From contig JAUCBJ010004334.1 in assembly GCA_032718475.1 (NCBI GenBank), positions 76,921 to 140,920 of the forward strand: a stretch of 64,000 bases of DNA, written 5' to 3'. Shown here one piece after another: positions 1 to 10,887 of this stretch (position 1 is the stretch's first letter; every line of letters begins with the position of its first letter). Both the position numbers and the translations under genes were made by a program. Below the pieces are notes generated by a model. It was not told the origin of the DNA. It did not search any database and saw only the letters and a program-made list of their open reading frames with translations. The stretch comes from Nemertoderma westbladi. Lineage: Eukaryota; Animalia; Xenacoelomorpha.

Positions 1-1238
1 TGCATCTATTCATTTGGAACTATTTTATTCATTGGGCTGACCAAAAGTTATGCTGAGAGCCATTATCAAAGTGGCTACTGGGTAGACCCAGAACTAAAGG
101 TGTACCACCATGGTTAATGGTTATTGGGTTTTAAGGCAGAATCACCAACAGGTCTTAAAATACCAGAGTGTTTGGAGCTCATTTACTACATCATGGCAGT
201 GGTTTAGTGACAAGACCCCCCCCCCCCCCCCTGCTTGGAGACTCTTCCCCTCCCCCTTGTGAGGAAGATTTTTAAATTTAATTCGCCAGGCCCCACTGCT
301 GAGCTGTCAGCACTCAGCACATATATTAATTAATTTCATTATTAAATAATCTATTTGGGTTTCAATTGCCGAATTACTTAATTTGCATTTCGCACTCACT
401 GCGCAATCACGTTAAATTCCTCTCTCTAACCACCTGTATGCCTACAACAACTGTCAGTCCTACATGATAGATGATTATTACAGATAACAGATTAAATCAC
501 TTAGGCTTATGCATATGAAAAATGGCCTACGTCTACTGTAACTACAGGCTGCACTTCTGTACATTATATTACAGTATTCTATTATTGTACTGGGATTAGA
601 GATTTAGGCCACATCAACAGTGTCATCGCCATCGCCATCAATCAGTGGCATTCATCCACCTTCACCAGATCCGAAACGGATGAATGATCCAGAAACAAAA
701 CCTGTAAAAAATGCCTCAAATCGAATGTGATATGATGCGATGGGCATTTTTCTTGTGATTTAAGAAATGCGATTAAATTCATGATTATCATTTGCATTTG
801 GATTGGACTTCCTCATCGGCCTTGACACCACGGACTGCTGACCCAGCTACATCCACCATCCACCCCCACGCCCCTGGTACTTACATTTATCTATTTACCG
901 GTTCCTTCCCCCAATGCGTGGTGGGAACAGGCAGGTGCTGCACTAGCATAGGCTATTGTGCCTTCCTTCACCCCACATGTAAAACAAATATCAACTTACT
1001 ACCAAGTTGGACCAGGTGTGTACTATATTTCATGAAGCGCACGATAGTAATGTAATAACTGAAGGTACAGACAAATGCATATTTAATATTTCATATGATG
1101 AGAAATAAATAAATGATAAACGAAATGCCTCCATCCTTCGATGATCCCGACTCCTGGATCGCTTCTGGATCACCAATGCCAAATGGGAAACACCGAGGAA
1201 ACATTAGAAGTTGTGTTTCAGTTTTCCAATCTACTAAA

Positions 1239-3000
1239 TTTTTTTTATTTATTTTTTTTTTTTTATTTTTTTATTTATACGTTATGTAAAAACAATAACA
1301 AATACACCAAACAATGTACCGGTATAAAGGTATTGTCCAACATAACATATAGGATTACCCTAAAGCTTTGCAGCTTATTTCCAAGGGGGTCCTTTATGTT
1401 ACTTGGTTACAAATACAATATTACACTACGCTAACCTAAAACCAATATAAAACGTAATTACACTATGTACATGTACAACTTTACCGAGAGCGTGACAATG
1501 CCCGACTCAACGATAAAGATGTAAATGTACAGAACAATTTATTATAAAACGTATTTACAGCATAAATAGTAAATAATTAATAAGCTAATAACTTACTGTA
1601 GGACTATTGTACCTATTTTTACATTGCACACGGAGGTGAGATTTAACTGCACATTTAAAAGAATGTTGATTATTTAGGTTTTTAATTTCATTAGGCAGAG
1701 CGTTCCAATTTTTTATGCCGTTAAAAAAGAAAGTATCAGATTCAAAGGATTTACAATTCGGGAGGTAGAAGTTTGAAGCACTAGCTCTGGTACTGTAAGA
1801 GTGTGTATCGCGTACTCTGTTGAATTTTTGTTTTAGGTAATTGGGACATTTACCATTATACACTTTATGCACATGGTTAAGGCGTAGCTGCTTAACTCTA
1901 CTATCTAAGTTAAGTAGTCCAGATTCAGAAAAGTCATCTGGAGTTAGGTGGTGCCTAGGTTTGTAGTCTTTAATAAATCGTACTACTTTATTCTGAGCTA
2001 CTTGTAATTTACATTTAAGCTGTTTGGTTAAGCCTTCATACCAAGAAGAGCAAGCATAGTCCATACCGGTACTTTTTGAGGCTGATAGGCTAAGTAGATT
2101 TTTAAAAACGAAATCCTCAGAAACGGGTTTTAAAAATAACTTTTCTGAATTTTGTAACTTTTCTAAATAAAAATTATTTAGAGTTTCGGACCCTATACTA
2201 TATTTATTACTTGATAACGGTAATTTCTTAACTAAATTAGAGGCAACATTAGTAAAATAATTATTAAATAAATTACTAACTAGAGTATGATCATGAATCA
2301 GCTCACCGTTATCTTGCAGAACAATATTCGATTTAGATTTAAGGTTTTTATAACCTAAAGATTTTAGGGTAGACCATAGACTTTTTGGATTATCTTTATT
2401 CTCACTTATTTTGTTGTACAAATATTCAGATTTAGCTTTTTTTATTTCCCGTTGGACAAGGTTTCTATATTTGCAGTAATTATTATAATCAGCTAAAACA
2501 CGGTATTTCCTAAATTTATACAAATAGTTATCTCTTTCTCTGATATTACTAAGAATACCCGAGGTCATCCAGGGCTCAGTGCGTTGTTTAAGTCTAATTT
2601 CTTTAATTGGTGCTACAGTATTAAGTGCCTTTAAAAATATATCTTTAAAAACAGTGTACGCAAGGTTAATGTCAGCGGCCTTAAAACAGGGTTCCCAGTC
2701 AGAATTAACTAACAAACTTAAAAAGCGTTCCTTGCTGTAATTTTTCATAGACCTAACTGTTACTGTTTTATGATCCCCGAAAAAAGATTTTTGTGTCTTT
2801 CTTGTGCAAAAAACTATAAAATGATCGCTTTGACCTATAGGTAAAACCCCAGATTGAGAAATAATATCGGTATTATTACAAAGGATGTGATCTAGTAAAG
2901 TAGAAGTTTTACTGGTAATTCTGGTAGAATCTCGAATAATTTGTTTTAAACCAAACAAATTTAAAATACTTTGGTACTATTTACAGATGGGGGATGCTTT
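1239..3000 (-). mobile_element. L2-group (Crack/Daphne-like) LINE copy 1, 5'-truncated, RT core deleted, A-rich tail
   Basis: Near-identical to 24262-27030 on the opposite strand; ORF 1585-2958 joins SASKSTG directly to MDYACSSW; T-rich run at 1239-1277 is an A-rich tail on the element strand. Confidence 0.9.
1585..2958 (-). pseudogene. LINE ORF2 remnant (APE C-terminus + RT C-terminal region) with a 343-aa in-frame deletion
   Basis: APE motifs [11 protein letters not shown] and SDH; C-terminal WNALP; 457 aa versus 800 aa in copy 3. Confidence 0.9.
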
Positions 3001-3340
3001 GTGATGGTAACTAAATCAATTCCACTTAATATTTATATTTTGTTGGTACTCTGACTGACTGGTGTCGTAGTAAGCTGTGTATGTTGTTTGAAAAGGGGAA
3101 TAAGCTAGATTGTAACAATATCGAGGGATTAGCATCATGGACACTTGTTCTAAGCTATATGACATAATAATAACTAAGAGATTGCTATTGTGGTGTAGTA
3201 TTGACTCGTGTCAGGCTGGTGCACAATGGGGCTGAGGGTGTATAGAACAAATAATGGCTTTGCGCTTAATAATTAATTTTGCTGTATATAAAAAGATACG
3301 ACTTTTTGTCGTTTTCATTGATTACAGCAAAGCTTACAGA

Positions 3341-3459
3341 GGTCAGTATTGGTTGACAGAAGGAGATACGCAATGCGTATCCCATTGCGCCTCATAATAG
3401 CCTCTCGTCAACAAGTCAACCCCACCGACTAGCGGCACTGGCTGTTTCAGCTGACGGGG
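3341..3459 (+). ncRNA. Candidate HDV-like self-cleaving ribozyme at the RTE 5' end
   Basis: P1 GGUCAGU (3341-3347)/ACUGGCU (3437-3443) with G1.U wobble at the first element base; P2 CCCC/GGGG; P1.1 AC/GU; J4/2 GCUGAC; P3 imperfect. Confidence 0.4.
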
Positions 3460-5149
3460 CTCTGTCGAAAAACGCGTCCCTGATGCAGTAAGGGCCCTCT
3501 TTTGAGGTGCAATATTATTATTGCCGCGGAACTGCTTCTACTCTAGGCCAGACCTAGCCAGAAGTAGAATCCTCACCAACCATCAACAAGAATAGATGAA
3601 TCTGACAACACATTCTCCAACCCAACACCCCCCCCCCCCCCCCCCCAACGCCCAGCATCACACCTCTACCGACGATGGAGAATAAAAGATCACTCACTAT
3701 AGAATTCAAGATAAGTTTGATCAAGCAATGCAACGAAACCTGTAAGTTAGAAAATGCATGGCACCAATATTCTCAAAATAATTAAAAAGTCCTACATTTA
3801 TTTTGCATGAGATACTAACAACCCGTCACTAACCACAACAAACGTACTGTATAGTACAGTAGCCTGTCGTATTCGCCCAAATACGGCAGTATAACTCTGG
3901 GTTCAGAGAACGTGTACATATTGACAGGCGGCAATCCCCTGATACAGTACCAAGCATGTGTTTGATATAAATATTAGATTTCTACTTCCATAACAATTCT
4001 TATTGATTCCGCAGGTCAATGTTATAATTAAAACAGTCAATTATATTCTTCCGATTCCATAGGCGGCTTACACACCAACTCTCACCCTACAGCCCTATTT
4101 ATCCCAATCCATCAATTTTTGTCACAGGTGGTCGGACAATACTACTACAAAATGAGTCTTCCATCCTGATAACTCTGTTTAATTTGACAATGTTTATAAA
4201 AATATAACTTCGTTATGTTTACCCCTACCCATAAGCATCAAACAGTCTTTCAATGTAATAAACCTGCCCAATAACTCATTGAACCAGAAGGACGCCCCTG
4301 GCAAACAACATAAATCAAAGTTAAAAGTAAACATTATCTCTCTTTCATAGACTTCATGTCTTCAATATACTAAACACCCAGAGACAGTCAGTCCCAAGGC
4401 TACACAGAATTAGTTACCTCGGAGCCAGCAGCTGATACAGAGTATTACATAACACAAATCCATTTACTATAACAATGATATGTGTTGACCAAGGTGTACT
4501 AAAGAGTATTGGTGCACCTTGGTGTTGACATAACATTGGAAAGAGCCCATTAACTACTGGGTAGGACCAATGCCCAACCGACCAATCTAGCCACAGGGCT
4601 AACGCTGGTAAATTTAAGGAAACTAACCAACCAATCCACCTTCATGAAACCAGAAAGACTACATGTACAAACCAATTCAGAAAGCAATAATAGGACATTA
4701 TATCATTATAGCCATTCCATCTGTAATCTAGACTAGCATACATGTCACTATTACGTAATTGTTTGTTCCCGCAGGAAATCAAGCTGATGTTGCTGGGGTT
4801 TTAAAATTATTTATTTTATGGTTACAAATTGGAATTATACAAATTTTAGAACAAGTTAATGAGATAATGACTATAGAAGCGAAACATACCAGACACAAAG
4901 TGAGAATACGAAATAGTAAAATCAAAGAAATTACTTTTCTGTCAAAAAGGTAACTAAACTATAAGATTATCATTATATAACAACAGCAACACCATCTTCC
5001 CTTTTCCTGCTGGTCTTTCCTTTTCTTTTCTTTTAATCTCTTTATTACATTATCTCTTGTTGTGAAGTATCGCGATACTTTAGTTCACAAGTAATTTATT
5101 GTAGATAGATTATATAACATTAAGTAATTACAGAATTAATACAATCCGA

Positions 5150-5380
5150 TGGGGGGAGGGGGCGCCGTAATAAACAAAACTAAAAACAAAAATTAAGCTA
5201 CCGAAATACTACCCCAAAATAACAATGCAACCTGTTCTATTGACTTTCGTTTATTGTTTTGGCGATAATGACGTTCCACTATAACCTGCTCATTTCCCTA
5301 AATCGATAATTTAACATTGAGGCGAGATGCTAATTCGCCGATGTGGGATTTGCACGCCCAGTTTTCCCCCCACCCGCCCC
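5150..5380. mobile_element. Diverged MITE copy inside the RTE 5' leader
   Basis: Aligns by eye with the MITE at 55488-55736 (AACCTGTTCTATTG, TAACCTGCTC, TTTCCCTAAAT, AATTTAACATTGA, TAATTCGCC). Confidence 0.7.
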
Positions 5381-6144
5381 CGCCTCAACAAAACACATAA
5401 ATAACAAAATTTCCATATCCCCCCCCCCCACACACACACACACTGCGTCCACAGCCTATAACCGTAATTACATACAACACAAAAATTACATAACATACGA
5501 TATCAGTCATCATAACTCGAAGTTGTGCACCCAACCCAATTTCAATTCCACCACCATCACAACAGCACCCCCACACCTCACTCGCCACTACTATAACATC
5601 CATACCTCCCCACAAATAAGCCAATACACCACTACTTCGATCAACCCCCCCCCCCCCCCCCCCCAACCCCTTCCCAACCTCATATTCTAATACATCAATA
5701 CACAACATCACACAGAACAATAACACCAGCCAATACCACCATTTCAACGTGCAGCCACCGCACCCCTTCCAATAAAAACTCCATTCCAGCCCACCAACAC
5801 AAACCCCAACAACCCCTCCTACCCACTACGATCAAACCACTCGCCCACTCCCACCATCACAATCCCACTTCAACACACCTCTACCCCAGATAACAAAAGA
5901 ATACAATCCCCACACCACCACCACCCCCCCCCCCCCCCCCCCCACCACAGTCCTTATCCCCAAGAAACAAACCACCCCAAACGCCCCCCACCCACACCAA
6001 GCAAACACACACACTTTCTCTTACCACCAATAACACTTCTCCGACAGGGTTGCGGTCTATTTACTCTATAATCCCTTAATTTATCGATTTGTTAAACGGT
6101 GACTTTGAATATTAAGGTGTAGCTTCTTAACACAAACTTAAATA

Positions 6145-9100
6145 ATGCCTAATATAGCGACTTGGAATGTGCAATCGATATTCAATCCCAAACGACTCGA
6201 ATTAGTCATTCAAGATGTTATAGCAAGAAAAATAGATGTACTTGCTATCCAAGAAACGTTCTACCCAGGAAGTGGTGAGTTTTCCTCACAAGGATATAAA
6301 GTTATATACTCAGGCCCACCAGTGAACGACACACGTCACAGACAGGGAGTAGCCTTCATAGTACGTCACAAAGTAGCAACTACAATCCTTGGATACCAAC
6401 TACTCTCACCTAGTATGATGACTCTTAGAATTAACACCTGGACTGGCTCTTTAACACTGATCAACGTATATGCGCCGGACTCCGGGAAACCAGAAGAAGA
6501 ATATACCAACTTTTTGGATAATCTACATACTCAAATGGTACTTGCACGGAGTAAAGGAAATTTTATAATATTGGGAGATTTAAACGGACACGTGGGAACG
6601 AGGAAAACCGCGCAGCAAATAAGCCACAACGTTATTGGGCCATACAATCTGACAGACATCAATCGAAATGGAAAAATACTACTGGACTTCTGCCAGGCTT
6701 ACAATCTAACAATAGCGAATACATTCTTCAGACATAAAAACATCCTTCACAAAATTACATTTCAACTCCCACCCCAAACACAAACCCACCCCAACAATTC
6801 TCTCTCAGGTAAATCTGTAATAGACTTATTCCTGGTACCTCATAAGAAACTTGGAGACTTTCAAAATGTCTGTTCATTCCCAGACACCTCCCATGAATCG
6901 GACCACCTCCTCGTCATGGCGACAATCCAATACAGAATCCGACATTGGGATGTTCAGAACATACCATCCTCTAAGAAAGAAGTATCACTCTTGGCAGCAT
7001 CGGTACAGGACAGGAACAATTTCGAAACAGCGATGGATACATGTCTTGAAATCGACACCACTTACACCCCGTGTGGTGACTCAGAAATGGAATCACCATC
7101 ACCCCAAAGAAAGGTGGATCAAATCTGGACAGAAATCTCAAATGCCTTCCAATCTGCCAATCAGACAATTCCCAAGAGAATCGCAAAAAGAAAACGTCCC
7201 TTAGAACCGGAAACCATGAATCTGATACATAAACGAAAGAAAGTAATAAGAGAACAAACCAGAAGAAATGATAGCAGACACCAATCCACCATACAGTATC
7301 TAAAAAGGGAAATTCATAGGCGATGTCAAATAGAAAAACAAAAAGATATTCTCCAATACACTGAAGCAGCCGATCAAGCCTTTGAATCCAATAACATACA
7401 TATATTCTATAAAAACGTAAAAGCACTTTCTAATAAATTCCAACCTATATTCAGGGAAATAAAAGACAAAGATGGCAATCTACTAACGGATATTGACCAA
7501 CAAATGCAAAGATGGGAAGAATTCTACCATGAACTGCTGAACCCACCAGACCCCCCAAGCCCCCTAGACTCTCTACCAGACCCCTCGGCTGAACTAAACA
7601 TAAACGAAGATCCAATAACGTCAGAAGAACTCAAGTTGGCAATTGTGAGACTAAAAAACAGAAAATCCCCTGGACCAGACAACATCACAGCGGAGGAACT
7701 TAAATCAATTACCCCACTCATGAAGCATAAGCTTATAGAGCTTTTTAACAGAATATGGACCAGACACAAAACACCAAAGGACTGGGGAAAAAGAGTTATT
7801 ACCCTCATCCCGAAACAAGGAGACCCAAAGGAATGTACGAACACAAGAGGAATCTCGCTGCTGTCTATTCCCTTCAAGGTATTCACCTACATAATTCTAA
7901 ATCGCATTAAACAGGCATGTGAGGAACAACTCCGAGAAAACCAAGCGGGTTTCCGCTCCGGCAGAGGCTGCATAGACAACATATTCGTCCTTCGCCAAGT
8001 GATTCAACACCATCTCACCTACGGCATTCCCCTCTATGTAACATGCATCGACTTCTCCAAAGCCTTCGATTCTGTCCACCGACCATCTATGTTCGCAATA
8101 CTTAGAAATTACGGCTTCCCGGAAAGAATCATCAACATTCTACTAAGTATTTACGACTCAGACCAAGCAAAGGTCAGAGTAAATGGCGAAGTAACCAACT
8201 ACTTTCTAGTAACCCAGGGGATGCGACAAGGTTGTCTACTCAGCCCCATATTCTTTGACCTGATCGCAGATTTCGTTCTCAACCTCGCAGACAAAGAACT
8301 CCTAAAGAACAACACACAACGTGGAGTCACACTAGCAATTGAGGATCAGGAAGAGGAAACAACTGTCGGAGACATCGATTTTGCAGATGACTGCAACCTA
8401 CTACACACCACCATAGAAGCCTCACAAAAACATCTGACTTACATTTCCATCGAAGGAGAACGTATAGGTTTACGCATTAATCCAAAGAAATCAGAACTAC
8501 TGAAAATCCCTGCAGACCAAAACGTAAACAACGCTCTAACAGTACACGACAAACCGATCAAAGAAGTCAATGCAATTTCATTCCTAGGCAGCCACATCAC
8601 TAATAAAAACAACCCCCTACCCGCAGTCAAGCATAGGATCTCAAAGGCAACTGGAAACTATCACGCCTTACGTAAAATATGGAAAGACAAAAACATCCGT
8701 CCTGCTATAAAGGTACAAGTATTTAAAACTATGGTAAGAACCGTAATGCTATATGGACTAGAAACGATACCACTCTCCGAGTCAGTAGAGAAGAGGCTAG
8801 ACTCTGCAGACAGGCGGTTACTCCGTCCTCTTCTCAAACACCACCAGTTTGACAACTTCTCCACGCAACAACTCTACCACCGAGCCCAACTTCGGCCACT
8901 TTCAGAGATGCTACGAAGGAGAAGGCTACGATGGTTTGGGCATGTAGCGAGAATGCCAGCCAAACGACTTCCCCGGATTGCACTCAACCTGAAGATGCCA
9001 TCAGAGAAAAGGAAGAAAAGAGGGAGGCCAGCTACCACCTTCTCTCAAACTGTTCAGAGGGACTTCGCACCTATAGGTATAAACCTCAATGAAGCTGTTC

Positions 9101-9150
9101 AATTTGCTCAAGATAAGAAGGGATACAGAAACCTCATCAAAGATCTATAA
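6145..9150 (+). CDS. RTE-type APE endonuclease-reverse transcriptase, uninterrupted 1001 aa
   Basis: IATWNV, AIQET, VYAP, GDLNGHVG, SDH (APE); KSPGPD, RGISLL, QAGFR, DFSKAFD, QGCLLSP, FADD (RT); RRLRWFGHVARM and KRGRP C-terminus typical of RTE. Confidence 0.93.
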   Translation: MPNIATWNVQSIFNPKRLELVIQDVIARKIDVLAIQETFYPGSGEFSSQGYKVIYSGPPVNDTRHRQGVAFIVRHKVATTILGYQLLSPSMMTLRINTWTGSLTLINVYAPDSGKPEEEYTNFLDNLHTQMVLARSKGNFIILGDLNGHVGTRKTAQQISHNVIGPYNLTDINRNGKILLDFCQAYNLTIANTFFRHKNILHKITFQLPPQTQTHPNNSLSGKSVIDLFLVPHKKLGDFQNVCSFPDTSHESDHLLVMATIQYRIRHWDVQNIPSSKKEVSLLAASVQDRNNFETAMDTCLEIDTTYTPCGDSEMESPSPQRKVDQIWTEISNAFQSANQTIPKRIAKRKRPLEPETMNLIHKRKKVIREQTRRNDSRHQSTIQYLKREIHRRCQIEKQKDILQYTEAADQAFESNNIHIFYKNVKALSNKFQPIFREIKDKDGNLLTDIDQQMQRWEEFYHELLNPPDPPSPLDSLPDPSAELNINEDPITSEELKLAIVRLKNRKSPGPDNITAEELKSITPLMKHKLIELFNRIWTRHKTPKDWGKRVITLIPKQGDPKECTNTRGISLLSIPFKVFTYIILNRIKQACEEQLRENQAGFRSGRGCIDNIFVLRQVIQHHLTYGIPLYVTCIDFSKAFDSVHRPSMFAILRNYGFPERIINILLSIYDSDQAKVRVNGEVTNYFLVTQGMRQGCLLSPIFFDLIADFVLNLADKELLKNNTQRGVTLAIEDQEEETTVGDIDFADDCNLLHTTIEASQKHLTYISIEGERIGLRINPKKSELLKIPADQNVNNALTVHDKPIKEVNAISFLGSHITNKNNPLPAVKHRISKATGNYHALRKIWKDKNIRPAIKVQVFKTMVRTVMLYGLETIPLSESVEKRLDSADRRLLRPLLKHHQFDNFSTQQLYHRAQLRPLSEMLRRRRLRWFGHVARMPAKRLPRIALNLKMPSEKRKKRGRPATTFSQTVQRDFAPIGINLNEAVQFAQDKKGYRNLIKDL

Positions 9151-9776
9151 ATAGTAAGTTTCATATTAAACTAAAGCCAATACTATAATTTAAATACACA
9201 GAAATAACTAAAAATAATACTAAATATTATAACTAGGTTTAAACAAGCGATAAACGATTAGGCAGCCAGGAATACAAATAGGAATAATATAATAATAGGG
9301 ATGAATACAGTATAATTAAAAGGTTAACCATGACTTGAAGCTGCCCCCCCCCCCCCCCTCCCTCCCCCCCACCCCATCCACCCCTAAGCAGTCTCATCAA
9401 ACTACCTGAAGTATTGCAGGAGTGTTCACATTGCACCAATCCAGATCAACTTGAGAAGAGAGACAAAGGGTAACTTTATCTATTTATTTTCCAGTTTTAT
9501 TTTTCAGATTTATTTTTCAGGTCTTCTTCATGCTATCATATTAAGTATACCGTAAAAACTCTTAACCCAGTGGCTCCCTACCGTAAGAAATGTACATATG
9601 CCAATTGTCAATATGTGCACCGCCTCGTCGGAATCCGAGTGGCCCACACCCGCCCAGGTGTGCCCACTGCGGATCTTCCGTAGAAACCAATTTGGTCAGG
9701 TCAAATCCAAACATTCACTGGAGATCACCAAATGGGGCGCTATGTGAAGTACCGTGCAGACATGATGATGATGATG

Positions 9777-10787
9777 AAAGCTTACAGATAGGGTGTCACA
9801 CGAAAAATTTTGAATATTTAAAGGAATTGGGTTGCGGTAAAGCCATGATTAAAGCACTGTGTATAAATGCACAAAAAATATTTTAAGCACTGCTGCTGTT
9901 GTGATTTCTACCGTTGGTGTTAGACAAGGCGCCCCAAGCAGCTGTATTTTATTTAGTATTTTTCTCAAAAGATGGTCATTATGATTAGACAGGCTGTTGA
10001 GAGGGATGGGTTCATTGGTGTACTACATGTAATTATTTTAATGGATGATAATGTTATACTTTCTACTTCCAGAAAGGTCTACTGTACTGTACTGTATAGT
10101 ATACTGATTGCACAATTTTAATATTGTGTGCGGTCATCCTTGATATTAAAAAAATATAAGAGCCCGTATGGGCTCATATCAATCATATCAATCAAAGGGA
10201 GCTTAATTAATAATAACTGATATGGTGCTTAACTGAATTAAATTACAAGCTGTAGTAGATTTTGTAAAATTTTGTAAAAAAATTTTGTAAATTTTCAGGA
10301 AAGAAAATGAATGAGGACAAAACTAGATTTTTTGTTATTAACGGTGAGAAAAGTGATCAACTGCCATTAATTTTAGGGGATTTTAAGAAAGATCACCATT
10401 TACAGCGAATACATTACTGTCCTCCGTTCTGGCACACCATGAAAAGCGATGCGTAGACGCCTCTAATAAATTTTTGATTTTTTATAAAGCAAACCCATCT
10501 ATGCCCTTCATATACAAACGTAGTAGAGTTTTTGAGGCTTGTGTAGTCTCAAGTTTGTTGTATGCTTGCGAGACATGGTTGCTTGGCCGGCGCCAATGGG
10601 GTGCAAGGGATGCAGCGCACCCCCCAAAAAGTAAGAAAAGATCCGCAATTTGACGAATTTATTTTCAATGTGGACTCCAATCTGGATTTTTTGTGTAATT
10701 CTTAAACCAAAAGAACACACAGTCACTTGAATCTGAATCTAATCACATTTCTGTCCATTTACTATTACTGGGTGTTACTTACTTTCA
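9777..10787. repeat. Inverted duplicate of 22925-23936 (continuation of the duplicated LINE flank)
   Basis: Reverse-complement near-identity; the ORFs 10508-10726(-) and 22986-23231(+) share their N-termini. Confidence 0.92.
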
Positions 10788-10887
10788 GACTTTTGCAGAG
10801 GCGATGTGAGAAATGAATCGTCGGTTTCTGATTCTAAAATTGTATCATGAAAGGGAAGTTCGGTAAAAATACAGCTATTGCAGAGAA

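Larger units (their letters stand above)
3341..9776 (+). mobile_element. Full-length RTE-clade non-LTR retrotransposon
   Basis: 12-bp TSD AAAGCTTACAGA at 3329-3340 and 9777-9788; (GAT)n tail at about 9762-9776; empty site visible in the paralogous segment at about 23925-23936; single APE-RT ORF. Confidence 0.9.

Noticed and set aside
1-117. Open frame CIYSFGTILFIGLTK.. at the window edge
   Set aside because: Too short and truncated to identify
5311-6014. Pro/Thr/His- or Gly/Val-rich ORFs as a possible RTE ORF1
   Set aside because: Low-complexity products of the C/A-skewed tract with no domain motifs
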